A stretch of DNA of 64,000 bases, taken from Acidobacteriota bacterium (GTDB lineage Bacteria; Acidobacteriota; UBA6911; RPQK01; JAJDTT01). The translations under genes were made by a program, and so were the position numbers. Under the pieces are notes generated by a model. The model saw only the letters and a program-made list of their open reading frames with translations. It did no database searches and was not told the origin of the DNA. This document shows positions 20,462 through 30,944 of the stretch, piece by piece (the first letter of the stretch is position 1; every line of letters starts with the position of its first letter). The DNA lies in contig OZ242374.1 in assembly GCA_965209055.1 (NCBI GenBank), positions 4,960,001 through 5,024,000 of the forward strand. The letters run 5' to 3'.

Positions 20462-23089
20462 TCACGGCGCTTTTCCCAAGGACAACAGATTGGCCCAGAG
20501 CCGGAAGGCGCCCGGCACACCGGCGGGGAGTTGCCTGAAAAACCCCAGGCCGGTATAGGCATAGGTCCCCTTCCCGTAGCGGGCCACGACCAGGGCTCCA
20601 CGCTTGGCCTCGGGGTTGTAAGGGAAGGGGTCCCGCAACTCGAGCAACGGTCGATAGGCCGGGTCCCATTCCCCCAAAAAGTAGAGACCCCGTTCCTGGA
20701 CCCATCCCTCCCAATCGGCATCGGTGATGGTGTTCGGCCAGGTCAGCGCAGGATGATCGGGCTCCAGGACTCGCACCGGCGACGTCTCGTCCGTGACCCG
20801 ATCGTGGGGACGGTGAATGCGAGCCGGGTAGGGACCGTACTGCTCCCGGTTGAATTCGTACTTGTTGTACTGGACCAGCAAATGCCCGCCCTGGCGCACA
20901 TATTCCAGAAGCCGATGGTTGTTGGATCTCAGGTCGGCGCGGTTCAGATAGGCCCGGACACCGGTGGCGATGACGTCGAAACCGGACAGGTCTCCCTCGG
21001 CCAGATCCGAGGCGTCCAGGAAGTTGAGTTCCAATCCCAGATCCTCGATCGCGGCCGGGACCTGATCGCCGACTCCCATCACGTAGCCGACCCGGACCGG
21101 GGCCACCTTCACATCGAACGCCTGGACCAGCGACCGGGCCTGCCGATAGAGGTGCCGGGTCTCGACATGATGGTAGTCGATGGACCGGTAGCCCTGGGAG
21201 TAGGTCCTGCCTCCGACTCTCGCCCGGGCGTCGAGCCGGTAGCTGCCCGGTTCGAGATATTGCGGCGGCTCCACTTCAAATTTGACGGTAGCGGTCTCCC
21301 CCTCCCGCCGGAACGACAGATCGCGAGTCCGCGGTTGCACCCGCCAGCCCGCCGGAGCCAGCAACTCCACGACCGTATCGAGACTCCCGGGACTCTCGTT
21401 CTCTACGCGGACGTGAAAGATCTTCCCTTGCGTGGCGCCCGGAACGAAGATCCGGACCTCCGGCTCCAACTCGAGAGTCACATCCGGGACCACCTGGAGT
21501 TCCCGCCGCCTCTCGCCGCCGATCACCGGGTCGAACCAGCGGTACCGGACCGGAACCTCGGCGCTGGCTTCGACACCGTCCGAGACATACGTGACCTGGG
21601 CTTTCAAAGCTGACGGACTCACCGCCTCGACGCCGCTGAAACCTTCGCGGACCGAAAAAAGATCGATTTTCGAATCGGGCCGAAACCAGTACGGCTGCGT
21701 GTAGCCGGCTTCGGCCGGGACCGTGGCCCGGAACTCGCTGATGGGACCGGATCTTCCCAGGCTCCGGACGTTCCAATCTCCGGCGCCCGACAACTGAACC
21801 GAGCGCAGGCGTGCCGGACTCCCGGAACGGCTCAGAAAGCGGACCTGGACCAGCAGTTCTTCTCCCGGATTGACGCGGCCGTCCCGGCTCTGGCGGACCA
21901 GTGCGTCCAGGTAGATGAAGTGCCCCCGGCGGGCGGCCGCAAGAAAGTCCTGCTCCTTGGCTCGAAGCAGAAATCGAGCCTCGGCATTGCCGGTCCGGGC
22001 TGCCAATTCCCGGACCAGCGCCAAGCCATGCATGACTCCCGCAGCCGCCTGATCGAGATGAGACTCGGCGTAGTCGTCCCGGATCTGCCCGATCAGACGT
22101 TGGAGTTTCTCCAGGCCGCCGGCCAACTCCCGATCATGCCGGGCCACTCTCATCAATGAGATATCGAGGCCGCCGAAGAAGCCGGTTCCGTCACCCAGAT
22201 CCGTATCGCCCTCGATCAGACGGAAGTAAGCCGTACGCGATCCTGGCTCGGGCAGGACGTTCATCCCTTGGCAGCGATGGCTGCTCCGGGCCCGGGCTCC
22301 AAACTCGGCGTACGATTCTCCCAGCAGCGGATCATATTCGCCCACTTCGATGGCGGCCGTCCGGCTCGATGCGGAACTTCCATCACCCCAAGCCCACCCC
22401 ACACCCGGCGACTGATACAGGCGGGATGGCTGCCAGGTCCGAAGGCCTTCCTCAAGCTGTTCCGGGAAACGAGAGGCGTCCGAGGCCAACTCGAAGGCCT
22501 GCGCCGCCAGACGCCCCGACGCCTGGTGGTGTTGTCCCCCACCCGCGCCATGGGGGTTGAGGGTCAGGATCACGTCCGGCCGGAACTCCCGGATCACCCG
22601 GACCACGTCCCGCAGCACCTCCTCGCCCCAGCGTTGCAAGGTTTCCTCGACGCTGAAGGAGTAGCCAAATTCATAGGCCCGGGTGAAGTACGGGCGAGCG
22701 CCGTCGAAACGATGCACCCGCATGAGTTCCTGGGTCCTGAGCACTCCCAGAGCTTCGAACAGTTCCGGTCCGATCTCGTTCTGTCCTCCGTCTCCCCGGG
22801 TCAGGCTCAAAAGCGCGGTACGGATCCCGAGCCCCCGGCTCACCTTGGCCAGGACGGCGTTGTGTTCGTCGTCGGGGTGGGCCGTGATGTAAAGCAGAGA
22901 ACCCGTGGGCGGGAGACGCCGCAACGCCAAGCCGAAGCCGGTCAGCCCCTGGTCCTCTTCCAACTCCAGCGGAGTCGCGGCCAGTGGAATGGAGAACACT
23001 GACAGCAGGAAGAGCACCGCCGGGAAAAGCGTTCCGCTTCCGGATCGTGCTGTCTCGCAACGGTTGATTTCAAGTCTTTCGGGATCCAT
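20462..23089 (-). CDS. Large PIG-L/LmbE family deacetylase with Ig-like and GATase-like C-terminal domains
   Basis: AHPDDE, TRGDGGQN, GQHH, WVQERGLYF; start codon uncertain. Confidence 0.88.
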   Translation of the reverse strand: MDPERLEINRCETARSGSGTLFPAVLFLLSVFSIPLAATPLELEEDQGLTGFGLALRRLPPTGSLLYITAHPDDEHNAVLAKVSRGLGIRTALLSLTRGDGGQNEIGPELFEALGVLRTQELMRVHRFDGARPYFTRAYEFGYSFSVEETLQRWGEEVLRDVVRVIREFRPDVILTLNPHGAGGGQHHQASGRLAAQAFELASDASRFPEQLEEGLRTWQPSRLYQSPGVGWAWGDGSSASSRTAAIEVGEYDPLLGESYAEFGARARSSHRCQGMNVLPEPGSRTAYFRLIEGDTDLGDGTGFFGGLDISLMRVARHDRELAGGLEKLQRLIGQIRDDYAESHLDQAAAGVMHGLALVRELAARTGNAEARFLLRAKEQDFLAAARRGHFIYLDALVRQSRDGRVNPGEELLVQVRFLSRSGSPARLRSVQLSGAGDWNVRSLGRSGPISEFRATVPAEAGYTQPYWFRPDSKIDLFSVREGFSGVEAVSPSALKAQVTYVSDGVEASAEVPVRYRWFDPVIGGERRRELQVVPDVTLELEPEVRIFVPGATQGKIFHVRVENESPGSLDTVVELLAPAGWRVQPRTRDLSFRREGETATVKFEVEPPQYLEPGSYRLDARARVGGRTYSQGYRSIDYHHVETRHLYRQARSLVQAFDVKVAPVRVGYVMGVGDQVPAAIEDLGLELNFLDASDLAEGDLSGFDVIATGVRAYLNRADLRSNNHRLLEYVRQGGHLLVQYNKYEFNREQYGPYPARIHRPHDRVTDETSPVRVLEPDHPALTWPNTITDADWEGWVQERGLYFLGEWDPAYRPLLELRDPFPYNPEAKRGALVVARYGKGTYAYTGLGFFRQLPAGVPGAFRLWANLLSLGKAP

Positions 23090-23193
23090 AGACCGAACTC
23101 TCCAGACTCGGATTCGAGGTATGTACGAAGCCGCGGTCGGCGCAGGCTGGCGCCAAACCTGTAGAATCATACCAGTCTCGGAACGGGGGCGGC

Positions 23194-24030
23194 ATGGGCG
23201 ACACCTATTGGGCAGCGGCGGTCCAGATGACCTCGGGAGAGGACAAGGAGCGCAATCTGGAGACCGCCGAGCGGCTGGTCCGGGAAGCTGCCGAGCGGGG
23301 TGCCCGGCTGGTGGCGTTGCCGGAACTCTTCAACTGCCTGGGCCGCAAGGAACAGGTGATCCGCGCCGCCGAGCCGGTCCCGGGTCCCACCAGCCGAAGG
23401 ATGGGTGATCTGGCGCGCCGTCTCCGGATCACTTTGTTGGCCGGCAGCCTCTGCGAGCGCGCCGAGGGCCGGGACCGGGTCTATAACACCAGTCTTCTTT
23501 TCGACGGCTCGGGATCCCTCCTGGCCCGTTACCGCAAGATCCACCTCTTCGACGTGGACCTGCCTGGAAGGGTGTCCTACCAGGAGTCGAGTTGGATGGC
23601 TCCCGGCCGCGACGTCGTCTCCGCCGAAACGGACCATGGCCGCCTGGGCCTTTCCATCTGCTACGATCTGCGCTTCCCGGAACTGTATCGGAGTCTCGTT
23701 GTCCGGGGCTGCCGGATCCTGCTGGTCCCGTCGGCCTTCTCGCTGCCCACGGGGCGGGATCACTGGGAGGTCCTTTTGCGCAGCCGCGCCATCGAGAATC
23801 AGGCCTACGTCATCGCGCCCAATCAGTGCGGCCGGCACACGCCTGCATTCGCCACCTGCGGACGTTCCGCCATCATCGATCCCTGGGGAGTTTCCCTGGC
23901 CGTGGCTCCCGACGGCGAAGGTGTGATCCTGGCCCGGCTGGATGCCCGGCGTCAGGAGACCATTCGCCGGGAACTCCCCGCCCTGAGCCACCGGAGACTT
24001 GACCCCGCCGGATCGACTAAGCGAATATGA
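23194..24030 (+). CDS. Carbon-nitrogen hydrolase (Nit1-like)
   Basis: LPE, YRKIHLFD, ICYDLRFPE (Glu-Lys-Cys triad). Confidence 0.94.
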   Translation: MGDTYWAAAVQMTSGEDKERNLETAERLVREAAERGARLVALPELFNCLGRKEQVIRAAEPVPGPTSRRMGDLARRLRITLLAGSLCERAEGRDRVYNTSLLFDGSGSLLARYRKIHLFDVDLPGRVSYQESSWMAPGRDVVSAETDHGRLGLSICYDLRFPELYRSLVVRGCRILLVPSAFSLPTGRDHWEVLLRSRAIENQAYVIAPNQCGRHTPAFATCGRSAIIDPWGVSLAVAPDGEGVILARLDARRQETIRRELPALSHRRLDPAGSTKRI

Positions 24031-24120
24031 CATTCAGTTCATGCATTTTTTTGCCCGTTCGTTCTTGGGCAATAGTCCCTGCTGCATCGAGAACGGGGGT
24101 CCTTCAAAAAGGGGTAAATC

Positions 24121-25065
24121 ATGAAGAAATCAACGTGCCTGATCGTTAGCGCCGTCGCGGCGTTTCTCCTCACGGCGGTGGATCTGCCGGCCAGGAAGAT
24201 GAAGGCGGACCAACTGGTCGCCCTCCATCTGAAGTCCATCGGCGAGAACCTGGTCTGGAAGAACCGGGTGGCCCAGGGATTGGGCACCATGGACATCCGG
24301 GTCGGAGGCCAGGGCAAGCTGGGCGGGCCCGCCATGGTGTTGGCGGAAGCGGACAAGATCCGGACCAGCTTCAATTTCGGGCATACCCAATACCCACAGG
24401 AGACCCTCATCCGCAATGGGGACAAGGTGGACGTCGCCTACATCAGCCCGGGCGTCCGCTCTCAACTGGGGACGGCCCTCTGGAACAACTTTCCCCGGCT
24501 GGCTCAGGAGGGACTCTACGGAGGAGTCCTCTCCACCGACTGGGCGCTGCTGAACCTGAAGAAGAAGCGGGCCAAGGTCCGCTACCGGGGACTCAAGAAG
24601 TTCGAAGGGAAAGAGCTGCACGAACTGGAGTACAAGCCCAAGAAGGGGGTGGACTACCGCATCCGCCTCTACTTCGAACCTGAGACCTTCCGCCACGTTG
24701 CCAGCAGCTACCGGCTCTCGGTGCCGGGTGGAATGGGGCGAGGATTGGTGGACATTGCAGGCGACGGCCGCACTGGTGGAGGCGGCGGCGCGGGAGGTGC
24801 TACGGCTCCGGGAGGCGGAGGATTCTCGGGACCACAGTACAATACTCGTCCGGGTCCCACCGACGGGCCGTCGAACCAGAACCGGATCAACCTGTTCGAG
24901 ACCTTCTCGGACTTCAAGCAGGTCGATGGGCTGACCTTGCCGCATCTTTACCGGATCACCCTCAACGTCGACGCCCAATCCGGTTTCGTCGGACACTGGG
25001 AGATCAAGATCGAGCGCATGTCGCACAATCGTAAGATCGCCGCCAGGGCCTTCGACATCAAGTAG
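24121..25065 (+). CDS. Exported protein, paralog 1 of 4 (possible LolA-like fold)
   Basis: Signal peptide; FSDFKQVDGLTLPH motif; similar to the other three copies. Confidence 0.85.
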   Translation: MKKSTCLIVSAVAAFLLTAVDLPARKMKADQLVALHLKSIGENLVWKNRVAQGLGTMDIRVGGQGKLGGPAMVLAEADKIRTSFNFGHTQYPQETLIRNGDKVDVAYISPGVRSQLGTALWNNFPRLAQEGLYGGVLSTDWALLNLKKKRAKVRYRGLKKFEGKELHELEYKPKKGVDYRIRLYFEPETFRHVASSYRLSVPGGMGRGLVDIAGDGRTGGGGGAGGATAPGGGGFSGPQYNTRPGPTDGPSNQNRINLFETFSDFKQVDGLTLPHLYRITLNVDAQSGFVGHWEIKIERMSHNRKIAARAFDIK

Positions 25066-25112
25066 GCGCCTGCAACTTCACGGCAGAGTCGACGGCTGAA
25101 TTTGGGACGGGG

Positions 25113-26019
25113 AATGATGAGCTGCAACCTCCATCCATCGGAGAGAGAGAAATTTACACGACCGTGGAGAATCTTCGGTGCGTTCGCCGCTGGCGCGCTT
25201 CTCTTGGCGACTCCGTTTGTATCAGCCAAGAAGATGAAGGCCGATGAGCTCGTCGCTCTCCACCTGAAAGCCGTCGGTGAGAATCTGGCCCGGAAGAATC
25301 GTGTCGCTCAAGGATTGGGAACCCTGGTCATCCGGGTGGGAAACAGGGCCAGGATGGTCGGTCCGGCCATGCTCCTGGCAGAGGGAAACAAACTCCGGAC
25401 CGAAATCAAGTTCGGCCATCCGCAATACGTGGGGGAGACCCTCATCCGCAACGGGGAGGAGTTGGACATTCCCTACGTCAGTCCAGGCGAACGGTCCCGA
25501 CTGGGGAGCACGCTTTGGGACTTCTTCCCCCGTCTGGCCCAAGAGGGACTCTACGGGGGGATCCTCTCCACCGACTGGGCGCTATTGGACCTGGCGAAAA
25601 GACGCGCCAGGGTCCGGTACCAAGGACTCAAGAAGTTCGAGGGTCGGAGACTTCACAGGTTGGAGTACCGGCCGAAGAACGGCGTCGACTACCGGATTCG
25701 GATCTACTTCGAACCGGAGACCTTTCGTCATGTGGCGAGCAGATACCGGTTGACCTTGCCGCCCGGCATGGGGCGGGGACTCGTAGACATTCGTGGAGGC
25801 GCATTTGGAGCCGGGGCCGGCCCCGCAGACAAGATCCGCATAACCTTGACGGAGACCTTTTCGGAATTCAAGGAAGTCGATGGGTTGACCCTGCCACATC
25901 AGTACAGGATTGGCCTGAACGCCTCTGCGATCGGCGGTTTCGTGGGACATTGGGAGATCAAGTTCGATCGCATGTTGCACGATATGCGGATTGCCGCTCG
26001 AGCCTTCGCCATCAAGTAG
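25113..26019 (+). CDS. Exported protein, paralog 2 of 4
   Basis: Same conserved blocks as paralog 1; start uncertain. Confidence 0.85.
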
Positions 26020-26099
26020 TCGTTGGGTGTCGATTCAAGGAAGAGCGAAGTTTCAGGAAGTTCGGATTGGGTAACGGCCGTATGAGCACGAGGTAAATC

Positions 26100-27053
26100 A
26101 TGCGAAATTGGGGATTCCGGATCGCTATCTTCGCCCTGTTGCCGCCGTTCGCGGCTGTGGATGCAGCGGCCAAGAAATTGAAGAAGGAGGAGCTGATCGC
26201 CCTCCATTTACAAGCCATCGGCGAGAACACCTCCCGGAAGAATCGGGTTGCCCAGGGTTCGGGCACCATGGACATCCGAGTGGGTGGCCAGGGCAATCTG
26301 AACGGCCGGGCCATGTTTTTGGCGGAGGGAGACAAGCTTCGGACCGCGCTGATCTTCAACCATGTCCAATACCCTAAGGAAACCCTGATCCGAAACGGCG
26401 ACCAACTGGATATCGCCTACATCACTCCCGGTGTCCGATCCCAACTGGGAACGGTCATCTGGGAGAACTTTCCCCGGCTGGTGCAGGAAGGACTCTACGC
26501 GGGCGTCCTATCCACCGACTGGGCCCTGCTCAACCTGAAGAACAAGCGGGCCAAGATCCGCTACCGGGGACTCAAGACATTCGAGGGCCGGCGGCTTCAC
26601 GAAGTCGACTACAAGCCCAGGAAAAAGGTCCGCTACCGGGTCCGGCTCTACTTCGAACCGGAGACCTACCGCCACGTGGCCAGCAAGTATCGGATCGTCG
26701 TTCCCCGTAGCGCCATGCGTGGCCTGACCAACATTTCCAGTGGAGGCGGGGCCCCGGTGGGCGCCGGCGGAGGAATTACTCCCGGAAGCCGCACCGTATC
26801 CGACGGTCGGGGCAGCCTGTTGGGGCAGATCGGAGGCCCGGGAGCCGGGGACGATCCCACAACCCGCAGCACCGTGGAACTGACGGAGAGGTTCTCGGAG
26901 TTCAAGGAGGTCGACGGTCTGACCCTGCCGCACTACTACCAGATCACTCTTAACGTCGACGCCAACACCGGATTCGTGGGCCATTGGGCGATGAAACTCA
27001 AACGCATGTCGCACAATCGTCAGATCTCGCCAAAGGCCTTCGCCATCCCGTAG
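26100..27053 (+). CDS. Exported protein, paralog 3 of 4
   Basis: Same conserved blocks; GAGGT RBS upstream. Confidence 0.85.
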   Translation: MRNWGFRIAIFALLPPFAAVDAAAKKLKKEELIALHLQAIGENTSRKNRVAQGSGTMDIRVGGQGNLNGRAMFLAEGDKLRTALIFNHVQYPKETLIRNGDQLDIAYITPGVRSQLGTVIWENFPRLVQEGLYAGVLSTDWALLNLKNKRAKIRYRGLKTFEGRRLHEVDYKPRKKVRYRVRLYFEPETYRHVASKYRIVVPRSAMRGLTNISSGGGAPVGAGGGITPGSRTVSDGRGSLLGQIGGPGAGDDPTTRSTVELTERFSEFKEVDGLTLPHYYQITLNVDANTGFVGHWAMKLKRMSHNRQISPKAFAIP

Positions 27054-27075
27054 CCGGGCGCAGGGATCAGGACCG

Positions 27076-28167
27076 ATGCAAGGAATCGCCGCCGTTTCGC
27101 TGGGCCCCCGAAAGGAGATGGTTTTCCGGGAATTCCCTCTTCCCGACGTGGGTCCCGACGACATTCTGGTCCGCGTGCGCCGCTCCAACATCTGCGGGTC
27201 GGACCTGCACATCTGGCACGGGCATGGTCCCGAGTTCACCCAGGGGGAGGGCTTCGTCCCGGGACATGAAATGGTGGGAGATGTCTTTCGCCTCGGGCGC
27301 CGGGTGAAAACCGACGTGTTGGGGCAACCCCTCGAGGAGGGCGACCGCATCGCCTACACCTACTTCCTTCCCTGCGGAAACTGCGCGGCCTGCATGGACG
27401 GATCGCCCGCCTGCCCCAACCGGTCCGACCATTGGTTCCAGGATGCCGCCGAGGCCCCTCACTTCAGGGGAGCCTACGGCGAGTATTACTACCTGCGCCG
27501 GGGACAGACGGTCTGCAAGGTCCCGCCCGGATTGAGCAACTCGGAGGTCTCTCCGGTCAATTGCGCCCTCTGCCAGGTGCTCTACGGACTGGACCAGATC
27601 GGGGTCCGCCTGGGCGACACCATCGTCGTCCAGGGCGCGGGCGGACTGGGACTGTACGCCTGCTCCCTGGCCAAGGAGATGGGGGCCGGCCAGGTCGTCG
27701 TCTTCGACCGGTTGGAGAGCCGGCTGGAGCTGGCCCGCTCCTTCGGCGCCGACCTTACGGTCAACATCGAATCCGTGAACCGGAAGAACCGTCGAGAGAT
27801 GATCATGGACCTGACTCGGGGCCAGGGCGCCGACGTGGTGGCCGAGTTCGCCGGATCCCCCCTGCCGGTGGAGGAAGGCGTGCACCTGCTCCGCCAGTTC
27901 GGCCGCTATCTCTGGGTGGGAAACGTCGCGCCGGGAAGGACCGCCGCCCTGGACCCGGCCATCAGTGTCCGGTCCGGGCACACCATCCGCGGAGTCATTG
28001 CCTACGCTCCGTGGGTGCTCCCCCGGGCCCTGGATTTTCTGGCCCGCCGGGGACATGCCTATCCGTTCGAGAAGATCATCTCTCATACATTCCCCCTGAC
28101 GGAGATCAACGAGGCCTTCGCCCTGGCCGACGAAGGCAAGGCCATCCGCGTCTCGCTGACCTCCTGA
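27076..28167 (+). CDS. Zinc-dependent alcohol dehydrogenase (MDR family)
   Basis: ICGSDLH, GHE, CGNCAAC...C, GAGGLG. Confidence 0.94.
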   Translation: MQGIAAVSLGPRKEMVFREFPLPDVGPDDILVRVRRSNICGSDLHIWHGHGPEFTQGEGFVPGHEMVGDVFRLGRRVKTDVLGQPLEEGDRIAYTYFLPCGNCAACMDGSPACPNRSDHWFQDAAEAPHFRGAYGEYYYLRRGQTVCKVPPGLSNSEVSPVNCALCQVLYGLDQIGVRLGDTIVVQGAGGLGLYACSLAKEMGAGQVVVFDRLESRLELARSFGADLTVNIESVNRKNRREMIMDLTRGQGADVVAEFAGSPLPVEEGVHLLRQFGRYLWVGNVAPGRTAALDPAISVRSGHTIRGVIAYAPWVLPRALDFLARRGHAYPFEKIISHTFPLTEINEAFALADEGKAIRVSLTS

Positions 28168-28321
28168 TTCGACACAACGGAGGCTGTCGCAAGCCGTGTT
28201 TTTCGACTTCGTACCCGCCAGCGGCTCGAATGTCACGCCGCTCGCCGAAGCTTCGACATGAACCCTTCCGGCTCAGCGCCCATCTATTGTGGATGATGGC
28301 CGAATGACAAGGAGGTGAATC

Positions 28322-29224
28322 ATGCGTAAGTGGGGACTCCGGATTGCTCTTTCCATCCTGTTGTTTCCGCTCGCGGAAGTGGACGGAACGGCCAAGAAAT
28401 TAGCGACGGACGAACTGATCGCCCGGCATCGAACGGCCATCGGCGAGAACCCCGTGCGGAAGAATCGGGTCGCACAGGGATTGGGGACATTGGACATCCG
28501 CGTCGGCGGCCTGGGCAAGCTGGGCGGTCCGGCCATGATTTTGGCTGAGGGAGACAAACTTCGGACCAGTTTCGGTTTCGGCCATATCCAGTATCCCAAG
28601 GAGACCATCATCCGCAACGGGGACAAGTTGGACATCGCCTACATCACTCCGGGCATCCGGTCCCAGTTGGGTACCGCCCTCTGGATCCACTTCCCCCGAT
28701 TGGCGCAGGAGGGTCTCTACGGAGGTGTCCTCACCACCGACTGGGCTCTGCTGGATCTCGACAAGAGGCGGGCCAAGGTCCGCTACCGGGGACTCAAGAA
28801 GTTCGAGGGCAGGAAACTTCATGAGCTGGAGTATCGGCCCAAGAAGGGAGTGGAATACAGAATCCGGCTCTACTTCGAGCCTGAAACCTACCGCCACGTG
28901 GCCAGCAGCTACCGCCTGACCATTCCGGCCGGCGTGGGGCGGGGTTCGATGATCGCACAACAAGGACCCGGTTTTGGCGCCGCCGACGGGCCCGCGGACA
29001 ACACGCGGATCCAGTTGATGGAGACCTTTTCGGAATTCAAGGAAGTCGACGGGTTGACCCTCCCGCATCACTACCGGATCACCCTCAACGAGTCTGCCGC
29101 CACCGGCGCGGACTCGGGCGCCGGCTTCGCCCCCCGTAACGGTTTCGCGGGGCACTGGGAAATCAAAATTGACCGCATTTCGCACAAGTACCGGATCACC
29201 CCCCAGGCCTTCGCCATCAAGTAA
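28322..29224 (+). CDS. Exported protein, paralog 4 of 4
   Basis: Same conserved blocks; AGGAGGT RBS upstream. Confidence 0.85.
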   Translation: MRKWGLRIALSILLFPLAEVDGTAKKLATDELIARHRTAIGENPVRKNRVAQGLGTLDIRVGGLGKLGGPAMILAEGDKLRTSFGFGHIQYPKETIIRNGDKLDIAYITPGIRSQLGTALWIHFPRLAQEGLYGGVLTTDWALLDLDKRRAKVRYRGLKKFEGRKLHELEYRPKKGVEYRIRLYFEPETYRHVASSYRLTIPAGVGRGSMIAQQGPGFGAADGPADNTRIQLMETFSEFKEVDGLTLPHHYRITLNESAATGADSGAGFAPRNGFAGHWEIKIDRISHKYRITPQAFAIK

Positions 29225-29404
29225 ACACCTGGAATTGACTCGTCAGGGTGGAACGCGAGTAGCGGCCCCATTCGCCGGGCGAAGGCAAGGCCACCTGCGC
29301 CACACTGACACTGACGTGCTGAACCGAATCCCCGGGTATTGACGCAGGCCGCGTCTCAGACTTCGTTCTTCAGACTTCGTTCTTCCGGAACCATTCCAAC
29401 AGAT

Positions 29405-29547
29405 GAACGAGGGGACAGTCTGTTTTCCCGGAACGAAGGGACAGTCTGTTTTCCCGGGCGCGCGAACGAGGGGGAACGAGGGGACAGTCTATTTTCCCGA
29501 CGGTCTATTTTCCCGACGGTCTATTTTCCCGACGGTCTATTTTCGCG
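29405..29547 (+). repeat. Tandem array left of the RAYT gene (26-bp unit x3, 16-bp unit x3)
   Basis: gaacga(g/a)gggacagtct(g/a)ttttcccg at 29405, 29431, 29474; acggtctattttc(c/g)cg at 29500, 29516, 29532. Confidence 0.9.
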
Positions 29548-29662
29548 ACGGACAGACGGACGGAGTTTCCTTCGTCCTTCCCGGTTCTGGATCGTTGTTG
29601 TCATCAGGGGCGCGAATCGCCTCCACTGGGAGTCCGATCCCGAAACCCGGAGGACCACGACC

Positions 29663-30598
29663 ATGGCCCGAACTGCCCGACACAAGAGCTCAGAAGCCGC
29701 CTTCTATCACGTCACCAATCGAGTCGTCGGCCGGCCCGGCTGGTTCCCCTTCAGGAATCGCCAGTCCCGTCTCAAACTCCTGCACATGATGTTGTTCTAC
29801 GTGAACGCCTACCGCTGTCGCCTAGCCGCCTACCAGATCATGGACAATCACTTCCACCTCGTCGTCCATTTCGAGAAGTTCCGCTCCCTGTCCCCTAAGG
29901 AGTTGGAGGACCATGCCGGGCAGCTCTATGGACACCGGGTGGAAGAGTTCACTGGCGATTGGACCGACGCCCAATGGGAGTCCTTCAATCGGCGTCTGTT
30001 CGACCTGTCGAGACTGATGGCCGACCTGGACGGACAGTATGCCCGGTGGTTCAACGACACGCATGAGCGGCGAGGTCATCTCTGGGGCGATCGTTTCAAG
30101 AGTTCCGAACTGCTCGATGAACAGGCCGTCCAGGACGTCATACTCTACGTGGAGCTCAATCCGATCCGAGCCGGACTGGTCCAGCGGCCCGGGCAGTGGA
30201 AGTGGGGCTCGGCCTGCTGGCGGCTCAATGGCCAGGATCAAGAGCTGATTCCACTGGACGAGCTGTTTTCTGCGGATCCCGGAGAGGACGTGTACAGCAG
30301 TTACCGGGCGCGGCTGTACCATCGAGGCGCAGTTCCCACCCGGGAGAACCAGGCCGCCATCCCCGAATGGATCCTCCATCAGGAGGAGCGACGGGGATTC
30401 GCCCGCCCCGGCGGATTTCGCCGGCGTCTGCGTTTTCTGACTGACGGGCTGGCCGTGGGGCCGGCGGCGAAGGTGGCGCAACTGCTGGAGACCTATCGGC
30501 GGCAAGGTCGATATCGACGCCGCCGAAACCCCATCCCCCAACTGGGCGGAGCGCTGTATTCCCTGCGGGAGCAGCGCTCGAACGCCGTCGTCGCGTAA
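29663..30598 (+). CDS. REP-associated tyrosine transposase (RAYT, Y1 HUH family)
   Basis: YHVTNR, MDNHFHLVV (HUH), HLWGDRFKS, YVELNPIRAGLV. Confidence 0.9.
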   Translation: MARTARHKSSEAAFYHVTNRVVGRPGWFPFRNRQSRLKLLHMMLFYVNAYRCRLAAYQIMDNHFHLVVHFEKFRSLSPKELEDHAGQLYGHRVEEFTGDWTDAQWESFNRRLFDLSRLMADLDGQYARWFNDTHERRGHLWGDRFKSSELLDEQAVQDVILYVELNPIRAGLVQRPGQWKWGSACWRLNGQDQELIPLDELFSADPGEDVYSSYRARLYHRGAVPTRENQAAIPEWILHQEERRGFARPGGFRRRLRFLTDGLAVGPAAKVAQLLETYRRQGRYRRRRNPIPQLGGALYSLREQRSNAVVA

Positions 30599-30944
30599 AC
30601 TCGACTGACCGTTGGCCGTCGACCGTCCCGCGGTGGCGCCGCACGTCCAGGACCACTGGATGCACTCAATAGCTCTATCCCCGGAACGAGGTTCTCGAGT
30701 CTGATCCCTTCCGGATCCTCCCCTTCCGGATGGTGCGTCGCGAGTCGGAGGTGCCCGAGGATCCATCGGCGCTGGACGACCGGCGCCAAGAGTGGGCCAA
30801 CTGTCCGAAACCGGACACATTGTCCCGGAATCGGACACTTCGTTGCGGCCTGAAGCAGGATCGGGTATTGACGGAGACTGGGATCAGTCTTCAGGTCAGG
30901 CAATTCCGGGATCTGAGCCAGCAGAACGACGTCGTCTCAGTTTT

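Noticed and set aside
20462-23089. PIG-L deacetylase as the BshB partner of bshA
   Set aside because: It is a large, apparently exported multidomain type about 35 kb away, unlike the small cytoplasmic BshB
24121-29224. Diversity-generating retroelement acting on the paralogs
   Set aside because: No reverse transcriptase in the window; variation is indel-rich rather than adenine-specific
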